A stretch of DNA of 64,000 nt from contig CAZPQQ010000010.1 of NCBI GenBank assembly GCA_964588665.1, positions 1,054 through 65,053 of the forward strand, in the 5' to 3' direction. The notes beneath the pieces are model-generated. The model saw only the letters and a list, made by a program, of their open reading frames with translations, had not been told where the DNA came from and made no database searches. This document shows, in pieces, positions 37,430 through 46,485 of this stretch; position 1 is the stretch's first letter; every line of letters starts with the position of its first letter. Both the position numbers and the translations under genes were made by a program. The DNA comes from an uncultured Dehalococcoidia bacterium (GTDB lineage Bacteria > Chloroflexota > Dehalococcoidia > Lucifugimonadales > UBA1123).

Positions 37430-38614
37430 CTACCGCCGTTCGACCAATACAACTGCCGTCTCGCCGATGCGGTTGTCGCGGATGTACTCGAGTTGAACCG
37501 TGTCGCCGACCGTGTAGCTCCACAAAAGTGTCAAGAAGCGAGTCATGTTCGGGGTGGGAATCCCGTCCAGCTTCGTGATGATGTCGCCCACGAGAAGCCC
37601 GGCTTCGTCGGCGGGTCCGCCTCGCCCCATCTGCGTAACCACTACCCCTTCGTTGACGATGAACCCGAACCGGCTGGCAACGGCCGGGGTGACGTCGGCG
37701 CCGTTGAGTCCGATCAACGGGCGTATGACCTTTCCGTGCTCGACAAGGCTGTCGATGATCGGAAGAGCGCTTTTGGAGCTGATAGCGAACCCGATGCCCT
37801 GAGCCTCTCTGAGCATCGCTGTGTTGATGCCGATCACGTCGCCTTCGAGATTCAACAGCGGCCCGCCGCTGTTGCCGTCGTTGATCGCCGCGTCGGTCTG
37901 AATCATGTCGTAGAGGTCGCCGCGCTCGGTCTTGACGGTCCTGCCTCGGGCGCTGATGATCCCAAGAGTCACCGTCGGGCCGCCGCGCAGCGCCAGCGCG
38001 TTGCCCACAGCCACGACCCAGTCGCCGACCCTGAGTTGCTCGGAGTCGCCGAACGACACCACAGGCAATTCGCCCACGGGATCGATCTTGATTACGGCAA
38101 GGTCGGTGACGATATCGCCGCCGACTATCCGGGCAAGATACGATTCGCCGCTGGGCAGGTTCACGCGGATGCCCCGTGCGTCCTGCACGACGTGGTAGTT
38201 CGTCACGATGTGGCCGTCGGAGCGGACCACCATCCCCGACCCGGCGCCCTGGTCCGTGATTTCGAAGAAGAGGCCCCGCGACACTGATTCCACCGAGATC
38301 GAAGCGACGGCAGGGTTGATCTCGCTGACGAGGTCCGAGATGGGCGGCAGCGACGCGATGTTCTGCGGCGATTGGATTGCGGAAGTCGGAGAGGCCAGTC
38401 CACCGTTGACCTCGACTGGGGGCGGCGGTACGGATACGACGGGGGTCGCGGTGGGCGTCGGCACCGGAGGAGGCGGCGCGTCTATCGGAACGAGGGTGGG
38501 AGCAGTGTCACCCCCGCCGCAACCGGCGACCAGAAACAGCGAGGTTAAGCCGGCGATTGCCAGGCCAAACCTCTTATGCCGACCCCGGCGCCGCCACAAC
38601 CCTAAGCCTGACAC
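37430..38614 (-). CDS. HtrA/DegP-type S1C serine protease with PDZ domain, probable lipoprotein
   Basis: Catalytic triad context TNYHVV / DLAVIKI / GNSGGPLLN and a C-terminal PDZ domain. The N-terminus has a basic stretch followed by ..LFLVAGC, a lipobox-like motif. It overlaps the upstream gene by 41 nt, so the start is uncertain. Confidence 0.85.
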   Translation of the reverse strand: MSGLGLWRRRGRHKRFGLAIAGLTSLFLVAGCGGGDTAPTLVPIDAPPPPVPTPTATPVVSVPPPPVEVNGGLASPTSAIQSPQNIASLPPISDLVSEINPAVASISVESVSRGLFFEITDQGAGSGMVVRSDGHIVTNYHVVQDARGIRVNLPSGESYLARIVGGDIVTDLAVIKIDPVGELPVVSFGDSEQLRVGDWVVAVGNALALRGGPTVTLGIISARGRTVKTERGDLYDMIQTDAAINDGNSGGPLLNLEGDVIGINTAMLREAQGIGFAISSKSALPIIDSLVEHGKVIRPLIGLNGADVTPAVASRFGFIVNEGVVVTQMGRGGPADEAGLLVGDIITKLDGIPTPNMTRFLTLLWSYTVGDTVQLEYIRDNRIGETAVVLVERR

Positions 38615-39485
38615 GCGATAGACCCGCCCATAGTAGCTTGATGCCCTGCGAATCGCGGCCGGATTGCGCCGCGTACTGAGTGTACCGGGAAGTTGCGAGG
38701 GCTCCGAATAGTAAAATGATAGACGACACGTATACCCAGGTCAACAGAGCCATGACCGCGCCCACCGATCCGTAGACCACGTTGTAGACCGGGAACGTGC
38801 TTATGTACCAGAGGAACCCCCACTTGGCGCCGTCAAATGCGATCGAGGCGATCAGAGCGCCCTCCCAGACGTCCTTAAGCCTGACGTTGGCGTTCGGCAG
38901 AAAACGATACAGGATCAAAAACGTCAGGAACGAGAGTATCGGAGAAGCGACCTGCGACACCAGCTTGAAAATGAGATCGAAGTCGGTCTCTGGGGCGATA
39001 TAGACAACGATCTCCCGCATTGAACCGATTATCGGGGTAACGAAGATCAGGATGATCATCAGCATCCCGGCCCCCAGCACCAACCCGAAGTCCATCAAGC
39101 GCTCTTTCAGGAAAGGTCTGGGTTTATTGATTCCCCACGCGGCGTTGATGCCTTTGCGCATCGCGCCGAAGGCCGCCGACGATGCCCACAGCAGGCCCAG
39201 GATTGACGCTACACCGGTAATTGCTCTGGCGCTCGCGACACCGTGCACGGTTTCGCCGATAAATGCGGCCGACACCGGTATGACCTCGCCGACCTGTCGA
39301 GCGAACTCGGTTTGCTCGACCTCCGGGCCCAGCAGGAAACCCCAGATTGAGATGATGGCCAGAACCAAGGGGAACAGGGAAAACAGCGTGTAGAACGCCA
39401 TGGCCGCCGCCATGTAAGGGCAGTTCTTGCCGAGGAAATCATTGACTGCGTCCGCGCAGAACAGCACGAGCCTAACGAAGTACAC
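38574..39485 (-). CDS. YihY/BrkB-family membrane protein
   Basis: 303 aa, multi-TM, with AAAMAFYTLFSLFPLVLA typical of the family. GTG start. The N-terminus looks short, so the start is uncertain. Confidence 0.75.
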   Translation of the reverse strand: MYFVRLVLFCADAVNDFLGKNCPYMAAAMAFYTLFSLFPLVLAIISIWGFLLGPEVEQTEFARQVGEVIPVSAAFIGETVHGVASARAITGVASILGLLWASSAAFGAMRKGINAAWGINKPRPFLKERLMDFGLVLGAGMLMIILIFVTPIIGSMREIVVYIAPETDFDLIFKLVSQVASPILSFLTFLILYRFLPNANVRLKDVWEGALIASIAFDGAKWGFLWYISTFPVYNVVYGSVGAVMALLTWVYVSSIILLFGALATSRYTQYAAQSGRDSQGIKLLWAGLSRVRLRVVAAPGSA

Positions 39486-39640
39486 CCAGACGCTCCTGAC
39501 CGACCATTTAGCCGCGTTCTTCCAAGATCACGCATGATGCTACTGATCTGGCAGGCACAGTGTCAAGCAAGCGCAGGTTCAGATATCCTCCCATGCTTCA
39601 ACGACGGCGACCATGTTCCTCTTAGGCAGGCGTGTGGCGT

Positions 39641-40504
39641 TCACGTGGCGAAGAAATCTCGGACGATCCCGACCGTCGCGTCCAGGTCTTCTTGGTGCAG
39701 CATGTGGCCTACGTTTGGCACCTCAGCCACGGAGCCGTTCCCGTCGGGAATGATCTCAGCCATCTTTTCGGCCTGAGCCAGATCCAATACGGTGCTGACT
39801 CCGCCTCTCAAGACCAGCGTCTTGCACGAAATCTTCTCGACGCAGTCCCAGAGCATCGGTCCCTCTTTGAGCGCCGTGCGTCCGTTCAGCCAGCGAATCT
39901 CCGGATCGGTCTTCGGCACCAGTATTCCGTCCCAGTTGGTCCGGTACGTGTGCTTCACTTTGCTCCAAAGTTCGTCGTCGGAGGCGGTTTCGTCTTCCTG
40001 CCGGTGCCAGTCGAAAGCCATCTGTGGCGAGAAGAATCCTCTCGGCCTCTCTCGCTGGCCCCCCTGCAACCTTTGTGCGGCAGTGTCTTTGCCGGCGGGC
40101 GACGGGTCGGGCATCGGTCCGTAGTCGCCGAGAACCAGGTGGTCCACCAGGTTGCCGAAGTACGCCCCCACGGCGATCCCGATACGCGATCCTTGCGAGT
40201 GGCCGTAGTAGTCCAGCGGAAACAGGCCGGTCGCCAGAGCGAACTGCCCCACGTCGGCCGCGTACGACTGAGTCGAGTATCCTTCTCTGCTCCAGTCGCT
40301 GTCGCCGCATCCTCGTTCGTCCATCGCGACGACGTGCCACTCGTCAGACATCCGAGGAGCGAATTCGTCGAACTGGTGCGCGTTGCCGCCGATGCCGTGC
40401 ATCAGCAGAAGCGGTTTTTTGGTGCGGTCCCCTCCCCAATCGAGGTAATGGATGTCCAAGCCGTTGATGTGTACCCATTTGTCTTCAGGATAGACGCCTG
40501 CCAT
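39641..40504 (-). CDS. alpha/beta-fold hydrolase
   Basis: 287 aa with PLLLMHGIGGN and nucleophile elbow GHSQGS. Confidence 0.85.
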   Translation of the reverse strand: MAGVYPEDKWVHINGLDIHYLDWGGDRTKKPLLLMHGIGGNAHQFDEFAPRMSDEWHVVAMDERGCGDSDWSREGYSTQSYAADVGQFALATGLFPLDYYGHSQGSRIGIAVGAYFGNLVDHLVLGDYGPMPDPSPAGKDTAAQRLQGGQRERPRGFFSPQMAFDWHRQEDETASDDELWSKVKHTYRTNWDGILVPKTDPEIRWLNGRTALKEGPMLWDCVEKISCKTLVLRGGVSTVLDLAQAEKMAEIIPDGNGSVAEVPNVGHMLHQEDLDATVGIVRDFFAT

Positions 40505-40621
40505 TGTTGAAACCTGCCTTCCTGTTGTCGAGCTCGTCGCGTTGAGTCGGATCGGTCAGATGGTAGCACAACATGACGGCGCGTACGCCCTCGTCAATCA
40601 TCGACAGCCGTCGAAGCGAAA

Positions 40622-41551
40622 TTACGGCCCGCCGGGCTGACGGATTGCGGCGAAAAGATACGTGGTCGCGTAGCTGCGAAACGGCGACCAGCGTTGTGAA
40701 TACTCCAGCGCCTCGTCGGGGGTCATGCGTTGGCCGTCTCCGGCAAGCTTACCCATCGCCCGCTGCAGGGCAAGGTCGCCATGGGGGAAGCCGTCCGGCT
40801 TGCCTAGCGCCTGAATCAGCAACCAGTTGGCAGTCCACGCTCCGACGCCTCGCAAAGCGATAAGCGACCCGGTCGCCTCAGACGCGGGGACGTTCTTGAG
40901 CGCTTCCAGATCGAGACCGCCCGAGGCGACGGTCTGGGCGATTTCTATGACGTAAGTCGCTTTTCGTTCGCTGAGCTTGATCGCGCGCAGCGACTCAACG
41001 CTGGCAGCGGCGATGGCCTCGGGCAGCGGGAACGCCGTGTATGCCGTGCCGTCGACAGTTCCGGTCGCGCCGAACGCGTCAACCAGCCCGTCTCGAAGCA
41101 CCCGAGCGGCTTGGCTGCTTATCTGCTGACTGAGGATCGACTTGACCAATCCCTCGAACACGGTCGCCGTCCGCGGGATGTGAAGCCCTCGAAAGTCACG
41201 GATCATCGGGGAGAGCACGGCATCGGCTTCAGCCATCTGGTAGAAAGGACCGAGGTCGTCATAGACCCCGAGGAGTTCTCGGGCGATTGCGTGCACCCGA
41301 GGCGTGTCAGCCCGACCAGTCGTCGTGACAGAGACTTCGAGTTCGGGCGCGTCGATGGCGCCTGTGGATTCGATCCGGACCAGCGCCGGTGCTTCGCCGT
41401 AATCGAGGAGTTTGCTGTAAACCCCGGACTCGTACACGTCGGCGGCGTGCCGCTTCAATCCGCGTGTGGCGAAGCTCGCCGTCAGGTCGAAATCGAACGG
41501 CGCGACGGGTGTGTGCCTCTCGATGGAGATGCTTTGGGCGTCGTCAATCAT
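40622..41551 (-). CDS. alkA: DNA-3-methyladenine glycosylase II-like (HhH-GPD family)
   Basis: 309 aa with an AlkA-type N-terminal domain and HhH-GPD motif LIALRGVGAWTANWLL...GD. Confidence 0.78.
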   Translation of the reverse strand: MIDDAQSISIERHTPVAPFDFDLTASFATRGLKRHAADVYESGVYSKLLDYGEAPALVRIESTGAIDAPELEVSVTTTGRADTPRVHAIARELLGVYDDLGPFYQMAEADAVLSPMIRDFRGLHIPRTATVFEGLVKSILSQQISSQAARVLRDGLVDAFGATGTVDGTAYTAFPLPEAIAAASVESLRAIKLSERKATYVIEIAQTVASGGLDLEALKNVPASEATGSLIALRGVGAWTANWLLIQALGKPDGFPHGDLALQRAMGKLAGDGQRMTPDEALEYSQRWSPFRSYATTYLFAAIRQPGGP

Positions 41552-42761
41552 GTTTCCACAGCCTGCGCAGCCAGAGGGAGATCGCTATCGCAACAGTCAC
41601 ACCCACGGCGCCGTTGATCAACAGCGCCGTGCTCGCGCCGAAGGCACTGGCCATCGCGCCGGATGCGATCAACCCCACCGGCAGTCCGTACACCGCCAGC
41701 GAGCGCAGTCCCATGACCCTTCCCCGGATTTCCGGTGACGTGGCGCCGAGCAGCGTCATTGCCATCGTGACCATTGTAAACGACTGGGCGAAGCCGACGA
41801 CCGCCGACACGATGAGCGCCGCGCCGAACCACTGTGCGCCCGCCAGGACGGCAATCGATCCGTGCCACGCCACGGCGGCCAGCACGATCGCTCGACCCGG
41901 CCTGCCGAATCGAGCCAATGCGGCTATCGTCGCTGACCCCACCGCCGAGCCCGCCGAGTATGCCCCGAGCAGTTGCCCCAGTCCCGTGGAGCCTGTTCCC
42001 AGGACGTCTTTGGCGAAGACTGGCATCAGACCGTTGTTCAGCGGAAATCCTGTCAGGTTGACCACGAACGCCATCAGCAGCAGCGCGAGGATCAGCTCTT
42101 CTCTTCGCACGTAGCTTGCCGCTTGCCTCAGGTTGCCGAGCACGGATATGCCGACGCTCGTGCTTTCCATCCGCCGGACCCGAAGGCGAGTGGTCAGCGC
42201 CGCCGACACCGCGAACGCGGCCACGACACCGACGTATGCAGGTCCGGTGCCGGCCGCGCTGAGCATGTAAGCGCCGATCAGAGGACCGGCGATCTGCGTG
42301 AAATCTCGTCCGGACCGAGACAGCGCGACCGCGTTCATCAGGCTGCTCGGAGCGACGATGTCGGGTATCATCGTCTGTCGTGTGATCGTGTCGAAAGCCC
42401 TGCCCAAACCCGACACTCCCGCGAACAGCAGTACGTGCCACACCTGGAGCTCGTCGGCGAGCGCCAGCGCCATGATCGCGGTCGCGTTGACGGCAAACCC
42501 GGCGCGGACCAGAAAGAGCAGCTTCCGGCGTTCGTACCTGTCGACGAGGATGCCGTACAAGGGGGAGAGCAGCGTTCCCGTGAACCTCAGAGCCGCGTAC
42601 ACGCCGAGCAAGAACGGCGAGTCCGTCTCCTGTAGCACAAACCACGCTAGGACCAAGAACTCCATCTGCTCGCCCAATCCGAGGAAGGCGTCCGACACCC
42701 ACAGATATCGGTAATTTCGCACCCGGAATGAGACAATGAGCCGCGACTGGACGCCTGCCAT
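41544..42761 (-). CDS. MFS transporter
   Basis: About 405 aa and multi-TM. Start placed at ATG 42761, which overlaps the upstream TGA by 1 nt. Its stop overlaps the alkA start by 8 nt. Confidence 0.8.
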   Translation of the reverse strand: MAGVQSRLIVSFRVRNYRYLWVSDAFLGLGEQMEFLVLAWFVLQETDSPFLLGVYAALRFTGTLLSPLYGILVDRYERRKLLFLVRAGFAVNATAIMALALADELQVWHVLLFAGVSGLGRAFDTITRQTMIPDIVAPSSLMNAVALSRSGRDFTQIAGPLIGAYMLSAAGTGPAYVGVVAAFAVSAALTTRLRVRRMESTSVGISVLGNLRQAASYVRREELILALLLMAFVVNLTGFPLNNGLMPVFAKDVLGTGSTGLGQLLGAYSAGSAVGSATIAALARFGRPGRAIVLAAVAWHGSIAVLAGAQWFGAALIVSAVVGFAQSFTMVTMAMTLLGATSPEIRGRVMGLRSLAVYGLPVGLIASGAMASAFGASTALLINGAVGVTVAIAISLWLRRLWKHD

Positions 42762-43465
42762 CAGGCGATTGTGATCGAGGGGTTGTCCATGGTCAGGAAC
42801 TGCACCTCGGTCCGGCCTCCGCAGAATCGGTCGATCAACTCTACTGCCTCGCCGCACGCATCCGCGATCTCATCGCGCGTCGCGGGTGGCAGGCCGTCGA
42901 TGTTGAACTCGACCGCGGTGGCGCCCGCTTCGGTCAGCGTGTGGGTTCCCTGTCGCCAAGTCCACCGTCGCGTTAGAACGACGTTTCCCTCGACGAGCAC
43001 GATCTCGCCGGGCAGCGGGCTCTCCGTCGCCGTTCCGCCGAGCGGCACGAACCGCTCGTCGCCCGTGGCTGGTCTAAGCTCGAAGTCGCCCGTCGCGACG
43101 TCGATGGCGTGGCACCCGGCAGACACGATGTGCCGCAGCGAAACGACATTGCCTATGTCCACCAACCGATTGATCGACGGCAGCTCATCCCCGCGCACGA
43201 CGCGCCGAGCCATCGCCTCGATCGAAGACCGGAAATCCGATGGACGCGCGCCGAACCACCGGTACGCCTCTCGCCACGCCGCAACACGAAGGTGTTCGGC
43301 GATATTCGAGCCGCCCAGCCGTTGCCGCACCGAGCCTTCCGCATCTCGCAGTAAAGCGAGCAGCTCCGGAGGCGACTCGCCGTTCGAGACGTCTTGAGCG
43401 ACGACCACGCCGCGGGTGTAGCCGGGGAACTGGTCGAAGATTTCGCTCGCAACCGTGTAGTTCAT
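42761..43465 (-). CDS. B3/B4 tRNA-binding-domain protein (PheT-beta-related, COG3382-like)
   Basis: 234 aa. The ..AWREAYRWFGARPSDFRSSIEAM.RRV..G..LP.IN.LVD..N..SL pattern is typical of standalone B3_4 proteins. Confidence 0.7.
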   Translation of the reverse strand: MNYTVASEIFDQFPGYTRGVVVAQDVSNGESPPELLALLRDAEGSVRQRLGGSNIAEHLRVAAWREAYRWFGARPSDFRSSIEAMARRVVRGDELPSINRLVDIGNVVSLRHIVSAGCHAIDVATGDFELRPATGDERFVPLGGTATESPLPGEIVLVEGNVVLTRRWTWRQGTHTLTEAGATAVEFNIDGLPPATRDEIADACGEAVELIDRFCGGRTEVQFLTMDNPSITIA

Positions 43466-43684
43466 AGGCTCACTCGCAGGGGCCGCTCTCCGACTTGAGT
43501 CCGGTAGACGACAGACAGAAGTATCTTGACTCTGTCATTCTGAAATTGAAGACCAAACGTATGCCTCAACATGAAGACTCGTCGCTGATCGGAGGTCAGG
43601 CGTCTTATCCCGACTCATTCGGACCTCGACGCGACAATATGTGCTTAGATCAGACTCAAAAGAGCGAACAGGACTCGACCATCA

Positions 43685-44731
43685 TCACAAGATCGCCATC
43701 GCGTCGCCCAGGCTGTAGAAGCGGTATCGCTGTTCGACCGCCTCACGGTAGCATCTCATGACCAGATCGCGTCCGGCGAACGCAGAGACGAGCATCAGGA
43801 GCGTGGACTTCGGCAGATGGAAGTTGGTCACCAGGCCATCGACGACCCGAAACTTGAACCCAGGCAAGATGAACCGGTCGGCCCATCCGGAACCCGCCGT
43901 CAGTGTGTGTTCTTCGTCCGGGTTCAACGACGCCGCGTGCTCTAGCAGGCGCACCGCGGTCGTGCCGACCGAGATCACGCGTCTGCCCTCGGCTTTCGCT
44001 CGGTTGATCGCGTCCGCGGCCTCGGCGCCCAGATCCCAGTGCTCCGAGTGCATTTCGTGCGACCGCGGGTCTTCGTCTTCGACAGGTTTGAACGATCCCC
44101 AGCCCACGTCCAGCGTCACGAACACGGTCTCGACGCCTTTGCGCCGGATGTTGTCCAACAGACGCTCGGTGATATGGAGGCCGGCGGTCGGCGCCGCGAT
44201 GCTGCCTTCGTTCCGCGAGTACACGGTCTGGTATCGTTCAGGGTCGTCCAGGGTTTCGTGGATGTACGGCGGCAGAGGCACGACTCCCGAGGAGCTGATC
44301 GCTTCCTCATTCGTGAGCTCGACGATGCGTGTCCCTGCTTCTTCTTGCTCTACCACGGCGCCGGACATCGTTGTCACGCCTGACCGGTCGACGATGTCGA
44401 AGCGCGCGCCTGTCCGCATCCGACGGCCCGGCTTCACGAGGGCGCGCCAACGTCCGGGTTCGAGTCGATTCAGCAGCAGCAACTCGATCTCCCGGTCGGT
44501 GCCGGCGATGTGCCCGTACAAACGAGCCGGGAAGACGCGGCTGTCGTTCAAGACCAGGACGTCTCCGCGATTGAGTAGCCCGGTGAGGTCCGTGAATCGC
44601 CCGTGGTTGACGGCGCCGGTCGACTTCGACACCGTCATAAGTCGAGACGAATCCCGAGGCTCGACCGGGGCCTGGGCGATCAGATCTGGGGGCAGGTCGT
44701 ATTCGAAATCTGAAGTCCGCAGGAGCGCCAT
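43685..44731 (-). CDS. queA: S-adenosylmethionine:tRNA ribosyltransferase-isomerase
   Basis: 348 aa with N-terminus DFEYDLPPDLIAQAPVEPRDSSRLM and overall QueA layout. Confidence 0.92.
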   Translation of the reverse strand: MALLRTSDFEYDLPPDLIAQAPVEPRDSSRLMTVSKSTGAVNHGRFTDLTGLLNRGDVLVLNDSRVFPARLYGHIAGTDREIELLLLNRLEPGRWRALVKPGRRMRTGARFDIVDRSGVTTMSGAVVEQEEAGTRIVELTNEEAISSSGVVPLPPYIHETLDDPERYQTVYSRNEGSIAAPTAGLHITERLLDNIRRKGVETVFVTLDVGWGSFKPVEDEDPRSHEMHSEHWDLGAEAADAINRAKAEGRRVISVGTTAVRLLEHAASLNPDEEHTLTAGSGWADRFILPGFKFRVVDGLVTNFHLPKSTLLMLVSAFAGRDLVMRCYREAVEQRYRFYSLGDAMAIL

Positions 44732-44919
44732 GTGTATCTCATGGTCTCGATTGGCTATTATAGGTGTGGGCTACGCTCAGAAATGGGCCGGTCAACTATA
44801 GCACACCGATCATGATCGTCAACGCTAACTTTTGGGGCGCGACTCCCGTTATATTCTCTGAAACCCGAGCATCAAGACAGTGTCACCACTCTTAGCGCTC
44901 CCCTGAGAGGAAGGCAGCG

Positions 44920-45519
44920 ATGCAGGCCAGCGAGGCCGATCGCCGGGCTGTAGAAGCCCTGGTGAAGAAAGCGCAACAAGGCGACAGCCCCTCGTTCGGG
45001 GAGCTGTACGAACGATACTACGACCAGATTTTCCGGTACGTATCGTTCAAGTGCGGCAACGCGTCCGAGGCTGAAGACATCACGGGAGAAGTGTTCCTGA
45101 AAATGCTCGAGTCGATCCAATCGTTCAAATGGCAGGGACACCCGTTCACGTCCTGGCTGTACCGGATCGCGCACAACCTCGTCGTCGACCACTTCCGCAA
45201 GAAGGGCCGCCGACGGACCGTACCGATCGACAATGCAATGGGCCGGGCCGGTGTGACGGCCTCGGACCTGGAGCACAGGGCCGAGGTGAGCATCACGATC
45301 GCCGAGGTTTCGACCGCCATGGAGAATCTGACCGACCTTCAACGCGAGGTTATCGCACTGAGGTTCGCGTCCGGCTTGTCGGTGGCGGAAACCGCCGCGG
45401 TGGTCGGCAAGAAAGACAACGCGGTCAAGGCGCTGCAGCACGCCGGACTCAAGAAGTTACGCAACGTCATGGCGCCCGCGCCGCCCGTACCGGCCCGGGT
45501 TCCTCATCCGGAGGCCTGA
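44920..45519 (+). CDS. ECF-type RNA polymerase sigma factor (sigma-70 family group 4)
   Basis: 199 aa with region 2 (FGELYERYYDQIFRYV...EDITGEVFLK..., WLYRIAHNLVVDHFRK) and region 4 (LTDLQREVIALRF..GLSVAETA.V.G). Confidence 0.9.
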   Translation: MQASEADRRAVEALVKKAQQGDSPSFGELYERYYDQIFRYVSFKCGNASEAEDITGEVFLKMLESIQSFKWQGHPFTSWLYRIAHNLVVDHFRKKGRRRTVPIDNAMGRAGVTASDLEHRAEVSITIAEVSTAMENLTDLQREVIALRFASGLSVAETAAVVGKKDNAVKALQHAGLKKLRNVMAPAPPVPARVPHPEA

Positions 45520-45590
45520 GCCATGAATGAGCCATATAAAACATGGTCACTGACATCCGAACGGGCATCGGCAAGGCCAAGAGGTACATC

Positions 45591-46460
45591 ATGAGTCAAG
45601 AATTCAACGAAGCGTTGAATGATTGCCTGGAACGAATATCCGGCGGAGAGGATCTTCTGGCCTGCCTCAACGACTATCCGAGGCGCCGAGATGAGCTCGA
45701 GCCGTTGATCAAAGCGGCATTGGCCACGACGGATCTCGCCGCGGCAGTCGTTCCGTCCGAGCAGGCAAAGCAGCGCAACTTCCAGCAATTCACTCATGCC
45801 ATGCAGACCGCCAGTCGACATCCTGGGCGGTGGGCATGGCTCTCCGCGCGATGGCTGCCTGTTGCGCGCCCTGTAGCCATCTCGCTCGCCGTGTTGGTCG
45901 TGTTGGTCACAGGCGCGGGAGTCACGACGGCGGCGTCATCCGACAGTATCCCAGGGGAGCCTCTCTACTGGGTAAAGTCTGCGAAAGAGAGCATCCAGAT
46001 CAGGCTGCCTCGTTCGGACGACGGCAAAGCGCAGGCGTACGCGGACCTGGCCGCCGCACGGGGCAAAGAGATGCAAAAACTAGTGGCGATCGGAAGATAC
46101 GCCGACGCTGAGTCTACAATCAAACGAATGAATCAGCATCTGCAACGCTCGGCCGTGCTCGTGGGCGTGAGCTTGAACTCCAACCCAGTTGAAATGCCAA
46201 CGGTGAGGCGTCCCCGGAGCAATTCACGCTCCGCGCAGCGACTCCAGTCGGCGCTCGAACGCGACAACGAACGCATGAGGGCTGACTTTCAAAACATGCT
46301 GAATGGTTTGCCTCCCGTCCAACGACAGAGGGCGCTGTTTATGGTCCGACAATCCGAGCTCGGTTACCGCATGCTGATCGACGCCATGAAGCAGCGTGGG
46401 GCGCAGAGCGGTCTTCCATTCATCTACGTGCAGCCGCCGCAAGGCGTCGCCGGCCAGTAA
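45591..46460 (+). CDS. DUF5667-like membrane-anchored protein (putative anti-sigma/partner of the ECF sigma)
   Basis: N-terminus FNEALNDCLERISGGEDLLACLNDYP, one TM segment (VAISLAVLVVLVTGAG), then a helical domain. Start placed at ATG 45591 with AGAGG upstream. Confidence 0.65.
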   Translation: MSQEFNEALNDCLERISGGEDLLACLNDYPRRRDELEPLIKAALATTDLAAAVVPSEQAKQRNFQQFTHAMQTASRHPGRWAWLSARWLPVARPVAISLAVLVVLVTGAGVTTAASSDSIPGEPLYWVKSAKESIQIRLPRSDDGKAQAYADLAAARGKEMQKLVAIGRYADAESTIKRMNQHLQRSAVLVGVSLNSNPVEMPTVRRPRSNSRSAQRLQSALERDNERMRADFQNMLNGLPPVQRQRALFMVRQSELGYRMLIDAMKQRGAQSGLPFIYVQPPQGVAGQ

Positions 46461-46485
46461 CAATCGTACTCGCGAAAGGAACAAA

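Noticed and set aside
44859-44888. An ECF-type promoter-like GAAAC-N17-GTC upstream of the ECF sigma gene.
   Set aside because: The match to the GGAAC/CGT consensus is loose and I cannot evaluate it without orthologous upstream regions. It is mentioned only as something to test.
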